This document shows, one piece after another, positions 61,895 to 64,000 of a stretch of DNA of 64,000 nt. Numbering within the stretch: the stretch's first letter is position 1; every line of letters starts with the position of its first letter. The DNA comes from Dipteris shenzhenensis (taxonomy: Eukaryota), in NCBI GenBank assembly GCA_047967505.1, contig CM106538.1; one strand, written 5' to 3'. The translations under genes and the position numbers were made by a program. The notes under the pieces are model-generated. The model worked only from the letters and a program-made list of their open reading frames with translations. It did not search any database and was not told the DNA's origin.

Positions 61895-63900
61895 AGTCTT
61901 CTATAAACATGGAAATGTTATGATTATGTTGTTTGATATTTCCAGAGCTCCTAGACATACCAATGATATTTTGGTCAGGGGTATCTTGATGTGGACCATG
62001 CATGACTACCCAGGATATGGAGAGTGCGCAGGTACGTGGTTGTGTCTTTACATGTACAATGAGGGATTATGCTTTTTTTACTCTCTTTTGCACACATGTC
62101 TTGTACTAACACATTCATGCACACGTGCAGGACTTGTTACAAGTGGGTACCATGCTTGTCCTGTTTGTGGACCGGCTCTAAAATCGCTTGCACGCTACTC
62201 CAAACATATGAGGAAAAATATTTATGAAGGTCATGCTCGATACCTTCCGCTCGACCATCTCGCACATGGAGGTCAGCTTGATCCACCACCATCATATTTG
62301 AAGGCAAGTGATTGGATTCAAGCTTGGAGGACGAATGGAGAGGAACCTCCTCCTGGTATGAAGAGGCTATAGATCTTTCACGAGCTTCCTTATTGGGGTC
62401 AGTTACAAATCAATCATCTCTTGGATCCCATGCATATCTTCAAGAATGTGGGGGCTACTATTTGAGCACACTTGGTTGGTTCCAAGGACTCGAGAGGAGT
62501 GCGAGAAGACTTGCATGCTATGAATATGATGTCTTGTTTGTGGCCCCAAGTGCATGCTTCGGGAAAAGTTATCCTCCCGAAAGCAACGTGGATCCTCTCT
62601 ACGAGGGAGGAGGCAGCGGTCAAGGCAGACATTGCCTCTTTTCAAACACTGACAGGGTACATGCGTTGCTTGAAAGAAGCATTTTCAAAGGACAATAAGC
62701 TTAGTGGCCTCAAGTCCCATGATTGGCACAAGGTCTTACAGGTATTCTAAGTAGAATTAGTGTACCGATAATAGTGATGCGTTAGCGTAATTATTATTAT
62801 GTTATATTGTTGACATGACTTCATTGTTGCTTTGATAGTTCATTCTCCCAATTACAATAAAAGGGTGCTTACAAGAAGATGTTAGAAATGTTATATTCAA
62901 GATCTGTGGTATTGTGAGGTATGCTTACTATCAAATCGCATTATGTATTTTCTTAATGGACATGTGAAATAGATGGATATCTCAAATATCTTACAGATGC
63001 ATGGACATGTGAAATAGGTGGATATCTCAAAAAGAGATCTCTATATCGAGCATGGAGAAGGCTAGGGTGGAATCCATCGAAGTCATATGCTTGCTTGAGA
63101 AGCACTTTCCCTCAAGCATTATGACAACTCAAGTCCACTTGCTTGTGCACATAGTTGATGAGGTAGCTATAGCAGGTACCGTTCATAATCGATGGATGTT
63201 TTTTTCTCGAGCGGTTTATGAAAACTTTAAAGGGGTTTGTAAGACAAAGAGCAAGACCGGAAGCAAGCATGGCAGAGGGATGGCTTGTGCAAGAGTCATT
63301 AGTATATATCACAGAGTTTCTTGCATCCACAGATCCTGATATGCCGCAAGCTTGGCACAACAAGGATGATGATCGCATCATTGGCGAGGTTCCCCAAGGA
63401 AAAGGGATTGAAAGAAAGATGAGCGAAGAGCAAATGGAGAAATTCAATAAGTTTTGTATCCTCAATAGCCCTGAGATGTAGAAGTGGATTGAGAGATATG
63501 AAGTAGCTAAAGCAGAAAGAATAAATGCAAGGACGAGATTCAGAGTAATGTGCAGGCGATCACAACCATATCCACGAGATTTGGCTCTTCTCCCTACTCA
63601 CATGTCACTTGATTGGCTACAACTGGCTCTACGTAAAGCCGAACATGATGGAGAGACAATAAACGAGCGCGCGAGCGGGAGTTATCATCTGGATGTATGG
63701 TGCATGTAAGTTTCTTATCTCTTGACGTAATTAAGTAATTATTTGTGGCAATATATGCTATAAAATAGGTGCATCTTCATTGTTTTAATGATGCTCTTTT
63801 ACAGTACAAAAAGTACAGTGCATTATGATCATATGGACGACATTTTCGCGTGGAACGCAAGCCATTTCAAAGTCTTCTTCGCTCACTTGTTTGTGGCCGG
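61895..63900 (+). mobile_element. CACTA (En/Spm) transposase pseudogene (Transposase_21/DUF4218-like), intron-containing
   Basis: WTMHDYPGYGECAG|LVTSGYHACPVC, LDPMHIFKNVG, SGLKSHDWHKVLQ, VHLLVHIVDEVAIAGTVHNRWMF, ERFMKTLKGFVRQRARPEASMAEG. Introns at 62032-62130 and 62742-62838, stops at 62370 and 63479, frameshift near 63200. No CACTA terminus seen. Confidence 0.92.
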
Positions 63901-64000
63901 ATTGGCCGCTCCTTGGTTGGTGCTAGTACCAAAGGCAAACTTAGAGTTGACGCAAGAGTGGGCGAGCGTGTTTTAATCATGCATGTCCCTGACGCGCGCG

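Overview
Repeat-rich nuclear DNA of a land plant. The RTE-X-like LINEs, chromoviruses, intron style and long TE-filled intergenic space suggest a fern or other non-seed plant (inference). One intact host gene is supported: a six-coding-exon RS2Z-subfamily SR splicing factor at 47312-49318 (+). An intact terminal exon of an O-fucosyltransferase (DUF246/GT106) gene lies at 15995-16451, with no upstream exons in the window. The rest is layered transposons. Two internally deleted chromodomain Ty3/Gypsy elements (163-4989, 5045-9241) and a truncated LINE are inserted in one RTE-X-like LINE, followed by more LINE copies. There is also an orphan LTR with PBS, a 5'-truncated Copia, a 7.6-kb TIR/TSD-bounded element (27097-34702), two copies of an unclassified pyrimidine-skewed element, an aldo-keto reductase gene fragment and a decayed CACTA transposase. 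Best leads: a PIP-box motif in the LINE ORF2 tail, four foldback hairpins sharing one apex motif, Kelch-like cargo in the TIR element, and a candidate poison exon in RS2Z. All alignments and counts were done by eye; no database searches were run.
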